Below are positions 36,732 to 52,600 of a stretch of 64,000 bases of DNA, in pieces; within the stretch, counting starts at the first letter, position 1, and the number at the start of each line of letters is the position of its first letter. A program made the position numbers and the translations under genes. The notes under the pieces are model-generated. The model saw only the letters and a program-made list of their open reading frames with translations, was not told where the DNA came from and did not search any database. Source of the stretch: Trichoplax adhaerens (lineage: Eukaryota; Animalia; Placozoa); contig NW_002060955.1 of assembly GCF_000150275.1 (NCBI RefSeq), forward strand, positions 1,634,024 through 1,698,023, written 5' to 3'.

Positions 36732-39700
36732 TGCGTGAAGAATTTGCAGCATATCTTTGCTGTCGTACACCACAAAGACCTGTCTCAATCCACAAACCAG
36801 CTCGTCCTGAGCAAGCTACCGCAGCAGTATAAAATCCACCACTGACTCTTGAAACATATTATAATTATTAATGGATATTATAGTCATCATGCATCAATAC
36901 TCGATGTATTGAAGCTTTTTATATAGGTCAACACTTGTAATAGAAAATCTACGACAGCAAAATACTGCATTTCTATCTTTGAAATAATCTACCATGACTA
37001 TCGGAGCATGTTGTTAAGGAGTGTTAAAAAGTACGACAGGGAAATCCAGTTACTTTATCCAAGTCTTAAGCTGTTAAATATCATTAGCTAGATAGCAATA
37101 CTAATCAAATGATAAGTTACTTTTGTCGTTGCTATTGTAATCTTCATTTAGTTTTTAAATGTTAGCATCAAACTATTGTAATTGTTTTGAAATGAATTGA
37201 CAAAGTAGGTAAAAGGATAAATTGTTGAACTTTGGTAGTTATTTCATTATTTGCTGCTATACCATTTAGTTATACGTTCAATGATAGCACTGACTCTTTG
37301 TCGTCGATTATAGCTTTAACGTAACGTCAGTTGTTTTTTTTGTTTTTTATAATTTTAATGACTAAGTTTAGGCGATAATTTGTTTTAATTGATGTTTAAG
37401 TTATCAACATTATTTGTGTTTTGCCATCTTATTTGTGTATTTTTATTGAACGTTTTAACTGCTCTAAATACCACGTTTAGCCATGATGGCTCCAGCCAGC
37501 TTACTAGTTTAACAATACAGTCATCTACATTAAGATATTTGTCTTGTCGGTGGAGGTATATTAATTACTTATTTGTAAGAGCTGCAGGATTTGCTTTTAT
37601 TAAGTGATCTACTTTGAAGGGTACTATAAAATGATGCGTCGATCCAATGCAAAATTGCAAAATGCGTTCACTTTAATGTTGATATTCAAAGAGATTTTGG
37701 TCTTGAGATGACAGTAAAACAGTGTAGAAATAGGGTATGCAACCAAATATGGATACTTATAAGTAAATTGATATGATGGTGATATTTACGTAATCGATCC
37801 TCTCTGTTTCTTCAGCCCAGTCAATTATGTCTATTATTAATGCAGTAGTAACAAACAAAATGGAAATTCGATATTAAAAATGCACATTGTGCACGATCAA
37901 AATACTCGAAATCTTTCTTTAGTTGCAGGTCATGAATTCTTGAATTAGTCTAGAACTATTTTAGTATACGACTCGTACTAAAAAAAAATTGATTCCATGA
38001 ATTATATTTCACTTTGCGATATTCAATCTCGACACTGCCATGGAGCAATAGCAGAACAACGAAATTGTAATTTTATTTAGACTTTGTATAATATTATCAA
38101 TTTGGCAACAGCTGATACATTTATTTCCTGTGCTATGATGAATTTAATATACTAGATAGTCAACTGGCTACAGTCTATTATTATGAAATTTGTTGTAGAT
38201 ATTCAATTCTTCACAGAGAATCATGTCCAGCTACACTAGTCTGTAAATATTGCAAATTAAGATTTGTAAACAAGATTTCACCTTCTTATTATTTAACTTT
38301 TAGTTTCACATATTCATGCTAGACAGTAAATAGCACTTGTTATTTGGAATAAACAAAGGAATGGTCTACTATATCGAAAACAAGGAAATGAATTTAAAAT
38401 GAATTAAATGTACGTAGACCTATACGAATAGTATTGCATAAGACAGTAAGATATATAGCATATTATCTTATGATACACTATGGTGTAGACCATAAAAAGA
38501 GGAGTTGGCGAATGCCATTTGTAATTAAAATTACAGAGGTAGTCAGATCTACAATACCGCTTTGGCAGCAATAAAGATCTCCAACTGTACGTTACAAAGA
38601 GTGTTGTATTTTCCTATGAGGACCACTAACCTCCCTTGATATCCGATGATCGTAACATGCACCATCGTTGAATCTAACTGAACTTGACTAGAATAATCCG
38701 AATTGTGCCCACTTTACTCCAACAACTGTAGATGAGTACACTGACTTTGGCTATCCTAATTCACGACGGCTAGGCCTGCGTCAAAGTTGAGTCTCTTTGA
38801 GGAAATAATACCTAACACTATATCTAAAGTTTTTAACGGTTGTATATTCTAGATTATTGGGGATCATTATTAGGAATTTATATGTTCTCTGAGTAAAATC
38901 GTCACACCTGTTTCTTTGCTTAGGCTGTCCTTCATTTAAACGCAATATTAATTAAAAAATCGAAGACTATATCAGTATGCATTGCTTTTAGTAATATGCA
39001 AGTAGCAAGGGTAACTTACTGATATTATTGCCTATATCTATAAAAGCCGTATATTGTACAGGCTACACATATTTTCATGCATTTCATATTGCTTTGTTTT
39101 ACGAAGAGATTATTTTATTTATTTCGATTATTCTTTTAATCGACTTTGATTTATTATGTATGAATCTACAATTCTACATTATTATTGTATTTCTTTTCCT
39201 AGTTTACTTACCTAATTTAATTATTAAGCTATTCATACGCTCTTTTAATCCCTCTCAATGATGTATTTATCAATAAAATGTGCAATTATATCTAATGGTA
39301 CTACTATTCCATCTGATACTATTTCATAGACTAATATCTAGGCAGTTTGATTCAATAGTGGGATGGAGATGATCAAGAAACAGCTGTGACTAAATTTATG
39401 TATTGGTTATGTATTTATAGGATTCGAATGCTACTGATTCGTATTGGCTGTATTCCTACGGCGCCAATTGTCTTTTCCTAATATTCTCATCTTTTATTCA
39501 TGATATGCAATCCATGATAGATATTATTTGTAGTTAATTATGCAAATTAATCCATCTTGTAATGGTATCACCAGAATTACGCAAACTACACGGTCGCTAA
39601 AAGGAAATGAATAGCAATTGGCATGGAGAGCTACTTATACAAACGCAGAATATGGATAGAAAAGGTTGACAGGAAGGTGGAAAAGAAAGTTGTTGCAATC

Positions 39701-42700
39701 ATCGTTCATTGCAATTGCAATTGACCGGAATAATCGAAATCCTGCCCATTTTAACTCTACTTCAACTAGTGTGCTATAGACGAGTGCACAGTATTGAGTG
39801 ATATTGTATCCATTTATTTTGGTTTACTTAAATCCATTTTGGATCATCTTGCATCAAAGTCAAGTATCCTAGACGACATCAAAAACTTACAAGGAGAAGG
39901 TGAGAATGGTGATAAAGCGTAGAACAAGCGCAATTTCCATTTGGCATTGTCGCATTGGACACGAACTGTAGAACGACTTAAATCGATGCCCAATGGCGAT
40001 GATGATGTCGAGTGGATTACAAGCTTTCGATAAATACTTTAATGCTATAATGTCAGGCTTTCCATGCAACCATTTGATAATAGCGGTCCACAGAGTGTCC
40101 AGTAAGAGCAGATTTTACCTCGATTTCCATTATCAGCCTACCTTGAAATATCTAAAGAATTGATTCTTTGTACTTTATTTTTGGATGCAAGCGCTAACAG
40201 TTCTAGTAACTTCTTAAATGATTGAAATGCTTGTCAAGATGCTATGATGGGCATAGGTTAAACAAAGTTAATCTTTAAATCTCAGCTGTAAACGTTTTTA
40301 GCCTAGTATATTAGTTTTCACTGCTATAGAACGAAGCATAATTTGGCATTACATACTAGCATGTATACAGTATTACTACTGTAGCACCAAAAGGCATATA
40401 TAAATCGATCAAGCTTGCTAATTTCTGTAATAATTACACTAAGGATAGAGCTGTTAGGGAATAATTATAAAGGGTACTATATCTTTATATTCGTATTGCT
40501 AAAGTATTGGCTCTATTTTACCTGTGAATGAATGAAGTTTGCTCTTTTTCGGAAAGATTGCACAGAGGATAGACCTGTCAGGATATGATTATAATCCGCA
40601 AAATTTCTATCCGTTTAATAATGTTGCTGCCTTGATCTTTTATTATCTCTCCTTTTGTTAATTTTAGGCTAACCGAAAAAAGCAATTTGGAAGTTCTATT
40701 TCTTAATACTCAGAGCAAGCAAGTTATTAACAGTGAAGTTATATTAGCTCCCAGCAAATTATCTGGCTCAAAGAGCATGATATTTCTTATTCTATGATTC
40801 ACGTAGGTATTAGTGATCGAATTGGTCAAAGAAACTGATATTTGATCAGTATTAAGGTTTATTTCTTAGCCAGGCATAAGTTACGATGGTAAGAAATAAG
40901 CATCGGCCGTACTGACAAAGATAAAATCTTGAAGAGCTAGTAAATTACTGTCTATTCGATTTTGTATGCATTGATAATAGGTAGCATTACAATCCTTGTG
41001 ACAGAATTAATTAATCAAGATGAAAAGGTAGCGTAAAATTGAAGATTGTATTTTGAGAGTAAAAATAACAATAGTTGAAATTGAGATATCAGCTATGTCC
41101 ATAAAGTCTTTCTTTCTAATTTGTTCTTTTTAATGTTTGGATCTATTTTGTTTATTAATCGACTTAAATAGTGCTTGGAGTTTTAAATACTGTAAGTCTT
41201 CGTTCACTGATTAGTTATCGCTAACTGAAGTTGATATTTTTTCTATGCAGAATCATCACAGCTATATCTTTGCTGCGCCAGTCCTTCATTCAAATCCAAT
41301 ATTTGCCAAACAAAGATTAAATGAATATAAATTATCTTTAAAAGTATAGGAATAGAAAGAGTATCTTGTTGATGGGGAATTATCACAATAGTTACTCAAT
41401 TTAATCACCATGCTCATATTCAGGGCTTTTTACTATGATTATGCATTTTGGAACGGGTTAGCAACAAGTGTTGAACGAAGTATTGATAAGTCAAGCAATG
41501 AATATGATACAAACGCTGCTTCAAAATGGCTACCAGTAATGAATTCTGAACATTTTGGTTATCGTGATTATAGTTAGTACCGAGATGCGTGTGCTTACCG
41601 CTATATCGTAGCCAACCGTGGTAGTTTAGAGCGATACTGCTATATTGGATTATGAGCATATACCTGTGAGTGCTATATCAACTACTCGAGAGTTTTTAGG
41701 ATCAGTCGCCTCGAGGAAGGACCATTGCTAATTTCGATTTACAAATGTAAAGTACCAATAGTTAATGAATCTTTCTAGATTTAAATGCGGTCGAGTGTCA
41801 GTAGTTAGTATTCACGAGCAAGGAACCGTAGCTGGAGTACCTCTAGCAGAACGGCTAGATAGCGAGCCTCTACAGATTGCAACAACTAGAAAAATTGCAA
41901 CTTTTCTCAGGTTTATTGCCGTTATTTCAAATTTTAGCAAAAACTATAGATATATTTACTGCACTACGGAAAATAAAATCTATAAGCTAACTAATTAGAC
42001 TTTGTAATTATTTGATGCTAAGCAGAAATACATATAGCCTATACTTCTAGTCTTTAGCATGATATAACGAAACGATATAACGATTCGATGTAATATTCCT
42101 AAAAGTGTCCATTTTACTGTTAATCTTCAATCCAACTAGGTTTTTGAATTACATAAGCGTAGCCTATCGAAATATAGAAATAGAATATTTATAGTATGAT
42201 TCGTTTAGCGAGATCTATCTTAGCATAGTAAAGTCTTAAATAAAGTAAATGGATAGGACTGATAACAGGATACTAGATTGATCGATTTGTCGTGCTTCTT
42301 CTTCGGTTAGATACTTGAATCATGTTTACATTGATATTCGTATTGCGGAGAGAGACATTTGCTATCATTTATTTATTATTTAACTGCAAGATACTTTAAT
42401 ATAAATAACGTAATACAATAAGCGGCAATAATATAATCGCTGCAATACATGGGAATTAGAACATTCAACATTAATGTTGCAAAATTATGGCATTATCTCT
42501 TTCGTTGTTTTAGCGCTAGCGTTAATATATATTTCTGCGAAGAGTATTACTAAGGTACATATTATGAGTTAGAAATCACTTAGATTATGATTATGTATTA
42601 AATATGATATCAACTATGGTTGCAAGAAATCTCATACGGCATAGTGTGGGAGGTTAGAGACTTATTAATACAGTATAATACAAATATTTTAATTAATAAT

Positions 42701-44393
42701 AACATACGTGAATATTGCATAATTGTATATCTTCTTATTCTTCGAGGCTATCACTAAATACTAATGAGCTAGCGATACAACGCCCTTCTTCCAGGTTTTC
42801 AATATAATTGCGAATATTACTCTCAATCATAATAATAGGAATGATACTAGTCAGATTAGGATTACTACGTTGTAATGAAGTGATCTTCTTATTAATTATA
42901 AAACAAACTTCGGTTTCTAGTAAATTCACTTTATTACATAGATTAGGTTCGTCTTACAACTACCAAGAACTTTTTAGCTTCAATAGGACTATATGTGTTA
43001 CAGCGAAAGCTTGCGGCTTATATACCCTTTGTTACAGAATGAATTTTACATATTACAATCATATATTGCCAATTAAGTCGCAAGATAACGGTTTATTATC
43101 GCGCGAGCTATTCCTTATTTACGCATCGCTATATGTCTCTCGCAGTATTAACATAATTAATGTCATCTATTATTATCATGAAATCTTAATATGAACGTGT
43201 CAATAGTATCAAGACAATACGTATTGTAAACCTCTTCTACAAATAGATATCTTCAAAATCATACAATCTAATATACGAGTACTACTACTCTCGTACAGTC
43301 TTACAATCACGATCCAAGCTATATTTAGAGTTGCACTGCTGTACCATGTACATATGTGTAATCCTATATCCAACAATGCATTAAACACCAATCATGAACT
43401 AGATCGCGTGATACATATGCCATTTTTGCGATCTTTTCTTGTGTTAAAACATCTATGTGAAGTAACCTGAAGAGATAGACAAGAACTATTGTTTTTTTAA
43501 CTAAACACATGTACTTTATATGTATTCATATTTCATATCGGTCAAATTAGACTAATACATTGTATACCGTAGTACCTAACAAAAATTTAAGCTAACTAAC
43601 GCATATGATTCATATTCCAGTTAGATATCTTCAGTTACTAGTTTACAATATCAATTTTACTGCATCAACAAATTAAATTAGCCATGGTTATAGACATTGA
43701 TGTTATCGATAGAGTTCTTACTTTATGTACGGTTATTATAATAGTCTGGACGTCAAACTGCTACTTTTATGTTATATAGAATAGCGAAAAAATCATCAAT
43801 CCTTCTATTGTCTTTAGTTATTTGTTTTAACATTATTCACTTAAATTTACTGCTGTCTCGAAGGAATATAAGGAATAAGCGCTGTATTTGGATTATGGAT
43901 TTACGATAATAAAAGGACATGCTACACAAAGAAAACTGTAGACGTTAGCCTAATGATATGTGTGAAAACTAACTTGAAAGAGGATAAAGCTAAAAGCAAG
44001 GACAAAATAGTCCATTTCTGTACATGTTAATGGAATCAGTTATGAACTTTATCAATTACAAATTTTGGTAAGGTCAAAGTTCACTACAGAATGCTATGAA
44101 CAACGACAATTGTAACCACTACTATGGGTGTATTTTTATTCCATCTAATTATTAAAACTATCAAGTTGCCAATAACCTATCAGAATTTCCTAAATTGTAG
44201 AATGGAGCCTACTGTAATAGATGAACATTGATTAATTATTAAATTAGAGTAATGTCCTGCCTTACTAGCGGTATTCTAATGATCAAACAATAAATCCTAT
44301 CTCATTAACTATAGCGACCTTCTAGAAAATTTTAAGCTCAGTATGTTTTAAAGCATAAAATATTTCGTTAATACATTGGCCCATTTGTTATTG

Positions 44394-44666
44394 NNNNNNN
44401 NNNNNNNNNNNNNNNNNNNNNNNNNNNNNNNNNNNNNNNNNNNNNNNNNNNNNNNNNNNNNNNNNNNNNNNNNNNNNNNNNNNNNNNNNNNNNNNNNNNN
44501 NNNNNNNNNNNNNNNNNNNNNNNNNNNNNNNNNNNNNNNNNNNNNNNNNNNNNNNNNNNNNNNNNNNNNNNNNNNNNNNNNNNNNNNNNNNNNNNNNNNN
44601 NNNNNNNNNNNNNNNNNNNNNNNNNNNNNNNNNNNNNNNNNNNNNNNNNNNNNNNNNNNNNNNNNN
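44394..44666. other. Assembly gap (273 N)
   Basis: Run of N. Confidence 1.
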
Positions 44667-46647
44667 CCTCTGTGATCCACTTATGTGAATTATTAGTATT
44701 TTATATAAGAGGATAACATAGAGAAAAGAATTCTTAAATAAATCCTGACAGAGCACGTAACTAAAAAATTCGATTTCGACTATCATTGCCAACAAATTAA
44801 ACACGGTAAGAAAATGATTTAGTTCGCCATAAGTACAACATAAGTATTAATCAAAATGATTTATTTGGCTAATTTGAATTAAAGCAGTATATTATACTTC
44901 TCGCATAATGTACTGCAACTACCTGTATCAGTCTCAATTTAAATCATAAACATTATATTAAAATAATAAAGTATGGCTTTTCTAAGCTCGATTTTCCTTT
45001 AGTTACGGACTATCCTTGCTATTTGACTAAGTGAATCGTCATTACTTCTACTCTTAAAGTGAACCTTAACGTAATATGTCATTAATATATTTGCCGATAT
45101 TTAATTAATAAGTGTTTTTCCCTATAAATTATGTAGCGTACAAAACTACTGTAATTAGCTGAAATCACTGCGCTGTGCTAAGGATTATATTGTACACTAA
45201 TATATATGTTTTACTTAATTAACACTAGTCCAATCTACTTCATTCGAAGAAAAAATAAGTCCTCATTAAAATTTAAAACAATTTCATTGCAGTCATTTGC
45301 CCTTACCAGTTACGAAAATGTCACGTCTCCCTTTTGATACAAAGCCATATTGTTTCGTTTCTATCTACAACTAAGAACTGTAATTGTAAAAGCTTGCATA
45401 GCTGCAATCGCCTACTTTAATTGCTGTTTTTTAACTGAAAAATGCTTAAAACATAATCCACACATTACAAACTAAACTTATATTCGCTTCAATAAATTGG
45501 ACAGCGAGTAATCATACATGTATTAAATATACAGTAACTTGAATCCGAATTTCGGGTTTAAAATTATTTTTCTAGTCACAACTTTTAGTTGACTCTTGGC
45601 CGTGATCTCGCCAGCTCTCAGAATTAGCTAGTATGCCATTATTAAAAGTTATACAACGACTGCACATGTACGTGTATTCACTCTCAGTACAAATCGCAGC
45701 TAAATCTCAGGATTAAAATCACTTAAATAGTTGTTACTGTAGTTGATTTTTGACTATGCCTCGCTTATGAAAAAAATGTTGACACGCCCTTTCAAGAACT
45801 TCTGTATTCTCACTCAACAAGAATTAAATCTAAAGTTTCTTAAATTGCAGTTATTTCGATCGAAATCTACGATTCTTGATTTTTTCATTTTTTGGTCATC
45901 ATAGGCCACTGTAGCTTCTTAACGCCATCAAAAATCTACCGTCATAATTTATTAAAACCATGGAAAGGGCCAGTTTGATAACAGAATAGATCATGTTTAT
46001 TTATTCCTTATGGCAATGCTAGAGGAAATACTGTAGACTGTTACTGTGCTATTGCAATAGTGCGTCTTTTGCGTCAATATGAATTATATCCTTCATCCCC
46101 TCCAGTTAATTAAGCGAAGTAATTCTCAAATGCTCTTGTTCAATTGCTTTATATATAGTATTGAAAGTATTGCTGGCATACTAAATGATCTCATACAGAA
46201 ATGAACTCAAATTATCATCATCTAACCGTTCCTTTATCCTTGTGAATAACGAAAAGAATAGTCTCATTAAAAATCATTAGTTTAATTAATAGCAGGTTTA
46301 TTGGTAGCATCATAGAATAATAGAATAATAGGGCTGACAGTATTTAGTAATATGTAATTAATGGCTTTGCTTCTAAATTACAGTAACAACTACTACAATG
46401 TGCAAAGACTAAATATTAAAATGAGTTGAAGTTGTTGATCAGCAAAAACATGACAAAGCAGTGCCGTACCGTCGCTAATATTTTGTCAAACCGTGGATGT
46501 TATTTTAATGATGAAGCGAATTGCCTTCTATCTTTCATAAAACAGCACTCGTTGATAATATCATTATTAATAATAAATCATAATCTATTGTAGATCGTCA
46601 AAGAAATTGGTAGCTGACGATTGAAGGAAGATACCAGCAGTCCAGCT

Positions 46648-49600
46648 ATGAAAATGATCAAGTTGTTATCACTGGTCATCATTTCTATCCACTGTATTTT
46701 TACAGTTCAAGCGCAAAGTAAAATATTATGATCAATTAAACCCTTTAAGAAATTAAAGTAGTGACTTAAATCGTCGGTAGATAAATAGATATTGAAGGGA
46801 AATAAGTGGAACTTGTATTTTCTAAAGTTAATAGTAGAATGCTGCCTAGCAAAATTTTGCTTTATGTATATTTTTCCAGTATGGCATGAATAGCATCTTA
46901 TTTCTTAGTTCTATACGTAAAGCACTCGTACTGTGAAATACGTGTGTTAATTAATCGGTCTATTCAATTAATAAGGCTATTGAACTTCAGTTCAGCATCT
47001 ATACTGTATATTAACTAGGCTAGGCATTATTATGATACTAGGAATTATGGAAATTACTAGGTCTAGAGTTCAATACATGGATAATTCTATAAAATGTGAT
47101 GTTGGAAAATGATCAGTTACCGATGGGAATAGAAAGAGTAAAAAATTAGTTATGAAATTGACTGCGTTATTCTAACATGTTATGATCATGTATATGTACA
47201 AATAGCAGCATGGATAGGATATGTAATAATAATTAACAACTAAATCAGGTAGTTATCGAAATTCTATGCTAGGATACGCTACTGTACTCGTTTGTCTTGA
47301 TAAAATGAAATTTCTGTAATACTGTTTATTCGTAAATCAGATAGCTATCGATTTTGGACTCCAGTCGCACCTAAATAATACCTACTAACACTGAGTTATC
47401 ATAATTATTAAAGTTTAAAATAATTACCGGTACAGTATATCCTACTACACGATTCCATTGCAAGCAAATCAGATAGCGTAGTCGTCGATTTTCGATTTTG
47501 ATAACTTTGAAATTAGATTCGTCTGATTGGATATTGTTATTGAAGTTGATAATTATACCCGTATGCTAGCATTCCCTTATTACATGATGTACTAAAGTAC
47601 GTATTTACTGACAACCTTACTGATGTTTATTGATCGCTTTTATAGTATCGCGGCAAGGTGATGTTCACGAATCTAGCCGTGGCAGAGAATTTAACGTTGT
47701 CATCATGCATGATGCCCCACTGTTCGATAGGATACATATAACCTCCTTCGATCATCCATGTGAAGTCATTGTAACTACTAAAGTCGATAATAAGGCTACA
47801 TCTTATTCGATACCCGCATGGGAAACTTTGACTATAACCCCGAGTATAAGCACTACACTTCAAACTATCGGAGTTTCCAGCAGAATTATAAACATCTTTG
47901 CCGATCAAGATGTTTCTGTAGGAGTATACCAATCCAGGTCGACGAAACAAGATGCATATCGTGCATTACCAGTCAGAACATATGGCAAAGAGTATGTTAT
48001 AGGGCTATACAATAGCACAACGGGAAATTCGCGATTTAGTATTGTAGCAACCGAAGACAACACTGCCATTAGTATACGTACTTCAGCTACGTTAACATTC
48101 AATTCACAAACTGCATCATTAACTGATCCGGTCAATATCACCTTAAATAAGCATGAAGTCTTCTATTATAGTGCTTTAACAGATTTTACCGGTACACAAG
48201 TCTCAGCTAATAAACCAATAGCCGTATTTGGTAACAATATGTGTGCAGCGTTATTGGAAGGGCAATCTACATGTAATTACTTAATTGCTCAATATCCATC
48301 CGTGGAACGTTTAGGGAGCATTTATGTCCTCATTATTAATAATCAAAGAGTCGCAGATGTATACCGCGTTATTGGAGCATATGATAACACTGTTATCACA
48401 GCAACACAGCTCAGCTTGTCTACTACTATCAATAAAGGGGATTATTACGAATTTACTCTCACAATTCCAAGAGCTACAGTATTAAAATGCAGTGAACGTT
48501 GCTTACTCATGCATTACGATCGAGGCGTAAAAAGTGTTGGTTCTCCAAGTCAACCATCCATGAACATTGTGCCTGCAATCGATCAATTCATGACTAACTA
48601 CTTCATGTACATTAAAAGAACATCTCCGCTCTATACTGCATATCCATTTATAACTATTATTATTCCAACTAGTTATAAAGATGGAATTCGTCTAAATAAT
48701 CAACCACTCAGTTCCCATGGCGTAATATGGAATGAACGAGCAGCAGCAGGTGTTAATTATGCTATCACATCCACCACCGTTTCTTCGAGTGGTAATGGTT
48801 ATTTTATCAAGCATATCACGCCCACTGTGAGATTTGGATTAATAGAACACAGTGAATCAACTAGTAGGTCATTAACTAGCCTATCTGGTGGTTTCCAATT
48901 TCCCGCAACCTATCGCTGTAAGCTTATTAATAATACAGTAATTACTATTTTAAAACAGTGTTGCTTATGGATACTAGCGTAATTAAATTACAATTATGAA
49001 ACTGCGTTCTAATGGTAGCATCAGTAAATATTATGGTAGTGCAATTAATTATTGATGTCTTATTTTGATTTTAGCATTTATTACTGTGGTTGAAAATCCA
49101 ATAGCACAAATAGTACATGAAAATCAAGGATTTAACTTAACCTGCAGTGCAATCGGTTATCCATCATTATCCGTTGTTTGGTATAAAGATAATATACTGA
49201 TCACCGCGAATGTGCAAAGAGCTCCATATTCTGGCAATTCAACATTAACTGTTACCTCAAGTTCTTCTAGTAATGCTGGATCATATTATTGCCAGTTCTG
49301 CACTAGTATTGGCTTACTAAATAGTGCATCAGCTCAAATTATTGTCTACAGTAAGTGTTACATTTATCATTAGTAATTTTATCATCTCTATAATCCGTGC
49401 CAATAATTCTACTTACTCTTTATTATAGCCAAACCTGTTGTCAAATCAATTATTGGTGACATTTTTCCAATAGCTGGACATAATTTGGTCTTAACTTGTG
49501 ACTATACCTCTAACAATAATGCTACTGTTACATGGTTGAAAGATAACATCGTAATCGCTAGAGATACTTATTTTAATCTAACTACACTTCGAATACAAAA

Positions 49601-52600
49601 CGTATCCTTGGCCGATGCAGCTAATTATACTTGCTCCGTCGAAAATTTGATTGGAACACACAATTTTACCGCAATAGTAACAGTCAGAAGTAAGTTAAAT
49701 TAACGATATTTTATCTAGATTCGTTATTAGTAATTGTATTTGTAGCAATGAAGACAATGGCTCTTACTGACATGTTAAAATAATAACTTTAGCGAATTGT
49801 GATTATGGCCCGAATCACTTAATAATTTTATCTTGAATATTACATACAAGAATACACTCGTGCTGTAGTCGCTAGTTATTAGATAGAATGACATCATACA
49901 GACTGTCTTAACCTCCCATAAAACTGAAATGAGATTAGCAACTATGCTTTGACCTGAATTCTCTCTTCATTTTTCTTCCGAGCAATTATACAGTAGCGTT
50001 TTATATCTTCATTCTTATTCACTCCAAAATCGTCAAACACTGTTGTATAGTATTCTTATATACGTATTTTATAGTAATAGAACTAGTACAGTATGTAATA
50101 TACTCGCAGAGTATTAGATATTATAAGATACTCTATTGAGAGTAAGCAGAACACTACAGGATGTAAGGACTCAACAAGATAGATGAATAAAGTTACAAGA
50201 AATCAGCTCATTTATATAGGATTATGATAACTTGTTTACACATAACATACACGAAGTAAATAGATGGTAAATAGATTTAGTCTATGATAATGTCCTATAA
50301 GAGATAAATTTACTGGTATTTGTTAATATTACCATCTCATAGGAAGACTTACGATTAATCTCACATTTACATAGAATCAATATCATTAGAATAACGATAA
50401 TATGTCTATATTCGTATAATAATATCAATAGCAAATAACTATTACATTGCAATAACATCAAGTGACTATTATAATGCCAAACAGTAAACATGTTGATCAT
50501 AACATCATAGTAAATAGCCAGTATGTTACACCGTATACGATACAGTAGTCTCCCGACAAAGTTATAGTGCAGCCTACGAGTATATAGATACAAAGAGTTA
50601 TACAACGAGATAATTATAGGAGGCAATTGTAATCCGAAACATATTGCTATCGCTAACTGTAAATTAAAGTTATAAATACAACTTAGATCTTAGTACACCA
50701 AGTAACTGCTACGTATGATTTACTCATGGCTAGATAACTTGGGATATAATCGAGAGAGGCGATCTGTATTAGAATTATAAGGCCACTTTGAAATTTAGTT
50801 TCATACATAAATGTTAATATAATAATTAGAAACAATCAGCGACCATCTAAGAAAGATGTTTATTAGGGTTGTATAGAATGTAAGCCAAGCTAGAAGCTTC
50901 TGATCAGTATATAGCTCAGTTTTAATACTTTCAGGTAAATATTTTAACATTCATAATTAAGCACCAAATTATGGCTAAGCACACTTTTTCTACAGGGCTA
51001 TATGCAAGTTCATACTTTAACAATGTGTGAGATATGTAGGCAATCGGCCTCTCTTCATTATTAGAATTCTTTTCTGCCGATTGAGTACCAATAACAACGT
51101 CGGAAATATCGATTTAGAAGATGTACAGGCGGCGTAGATTAGCTATCTCAGAATAGAGATCTCAGTCAATGTTGTCTTGAAGATTTCGTATGCTTGATCG
51201 CTCTTGACTGAACATTCCACCCTTTCATCCTTTGCCTTCTACAAAATACTTGTTAGTAAAGCGAATATCGTGACGAATTGCGAGGCTGTCATGCAGTCGA
51301 TGCCGATACATAGAATCATACAATAAGATAATAAGAAGCGCTAGTAATCTGTAATAAAAGTAATAGGACATTATCGTAATTATCAAATTAATAAAACTAT
51401 CGCTTAGTGACGATATTAAATCATCGGGCTACGATAACAAAAAATTTCACAGTAAAAGATCATTTTCAAATAAATGTGGTTAAGACACCATCGCAATATA
51501 TTTAGATTTAACCCAGAACTAACATCGCTCGTTAATACTATCTGTAGTATTTACTTATATCGTCTTTCTTGTGTACAATGAATCTGTTTTAGTATTGAAG
51601 AATCAGAATCGTCATTCTATTACAGAATTATATTCAAAAGTAACACCAAATATTATATTTTCATCGGTGATGACTACATCTTAAAGCATTGTAGAAATAG
51701 CTTGAGTTCATAATCATAGAATTATTGCGATAATCTAATTTTATGCATATATTACCAGACCTAGATTACAAGTATTAGCAGTAAAGATGTAACAGAATTC
51801 AGATTGTAACCATCTTGAATCAGAAATACTATTGATGATCACATAGCATTGTGCGCATCTGTAATAAGATCATAAATTTTATTAATATGATGTAATTTAT
51901 CGAAAATCAGCTTGTCAGTACCATTTTAATACGCTTAATTTAAACATTAACGATAGAACTAATTATGCTGAATCAAATCAGATCTTTTCTTTATTATAAA
52001 AAAAGAACTGTTAACTGCACGAGTATACAGAAACAACTAGTGGACTTATAAATTGACACTGTATTAGATACGGTATCGAGTGTCATCAAATAATTAGCAG
52101 TTTGGTACTCTTTCCTAACATAATCACAAAAATCTACCTTAGCAAAATATAATTTCGATCATGATTTAATATTTTAATATGATTAAACTCAGTCTTATAG
52201 ATTTGTAGTACTGTAAGACCTAATTTCATAGAATTGAATTCTAATAACAGCATAAAATTCTACTATTCCACATCATTCTTTATTAATACTACATAATCTA
52301 CGGATACTAGTCACTGGAATAGACTAAGTGTTTCCTAGTATCTAAATAAAGTTGGATAGCACCATAGGAAAACAAAGTGTAGTCTAGAATAATATCCGTT
52401 TTATATCAGAATTCTTCATGTATTAGTATTTATTATTATCGTAATATTTGACATATTTCATAACGTAGAGAGCAGAAAGAACATTTTAATATCGAACGTA
52501 ATTCGGCATTGAATTACGAAAGAATTCCTTTGTAAATTTTTCTAATAAAATATTTTATATTCAATTTTTGCTACGAAACAGTTATAGCTATCTTTAGTTA

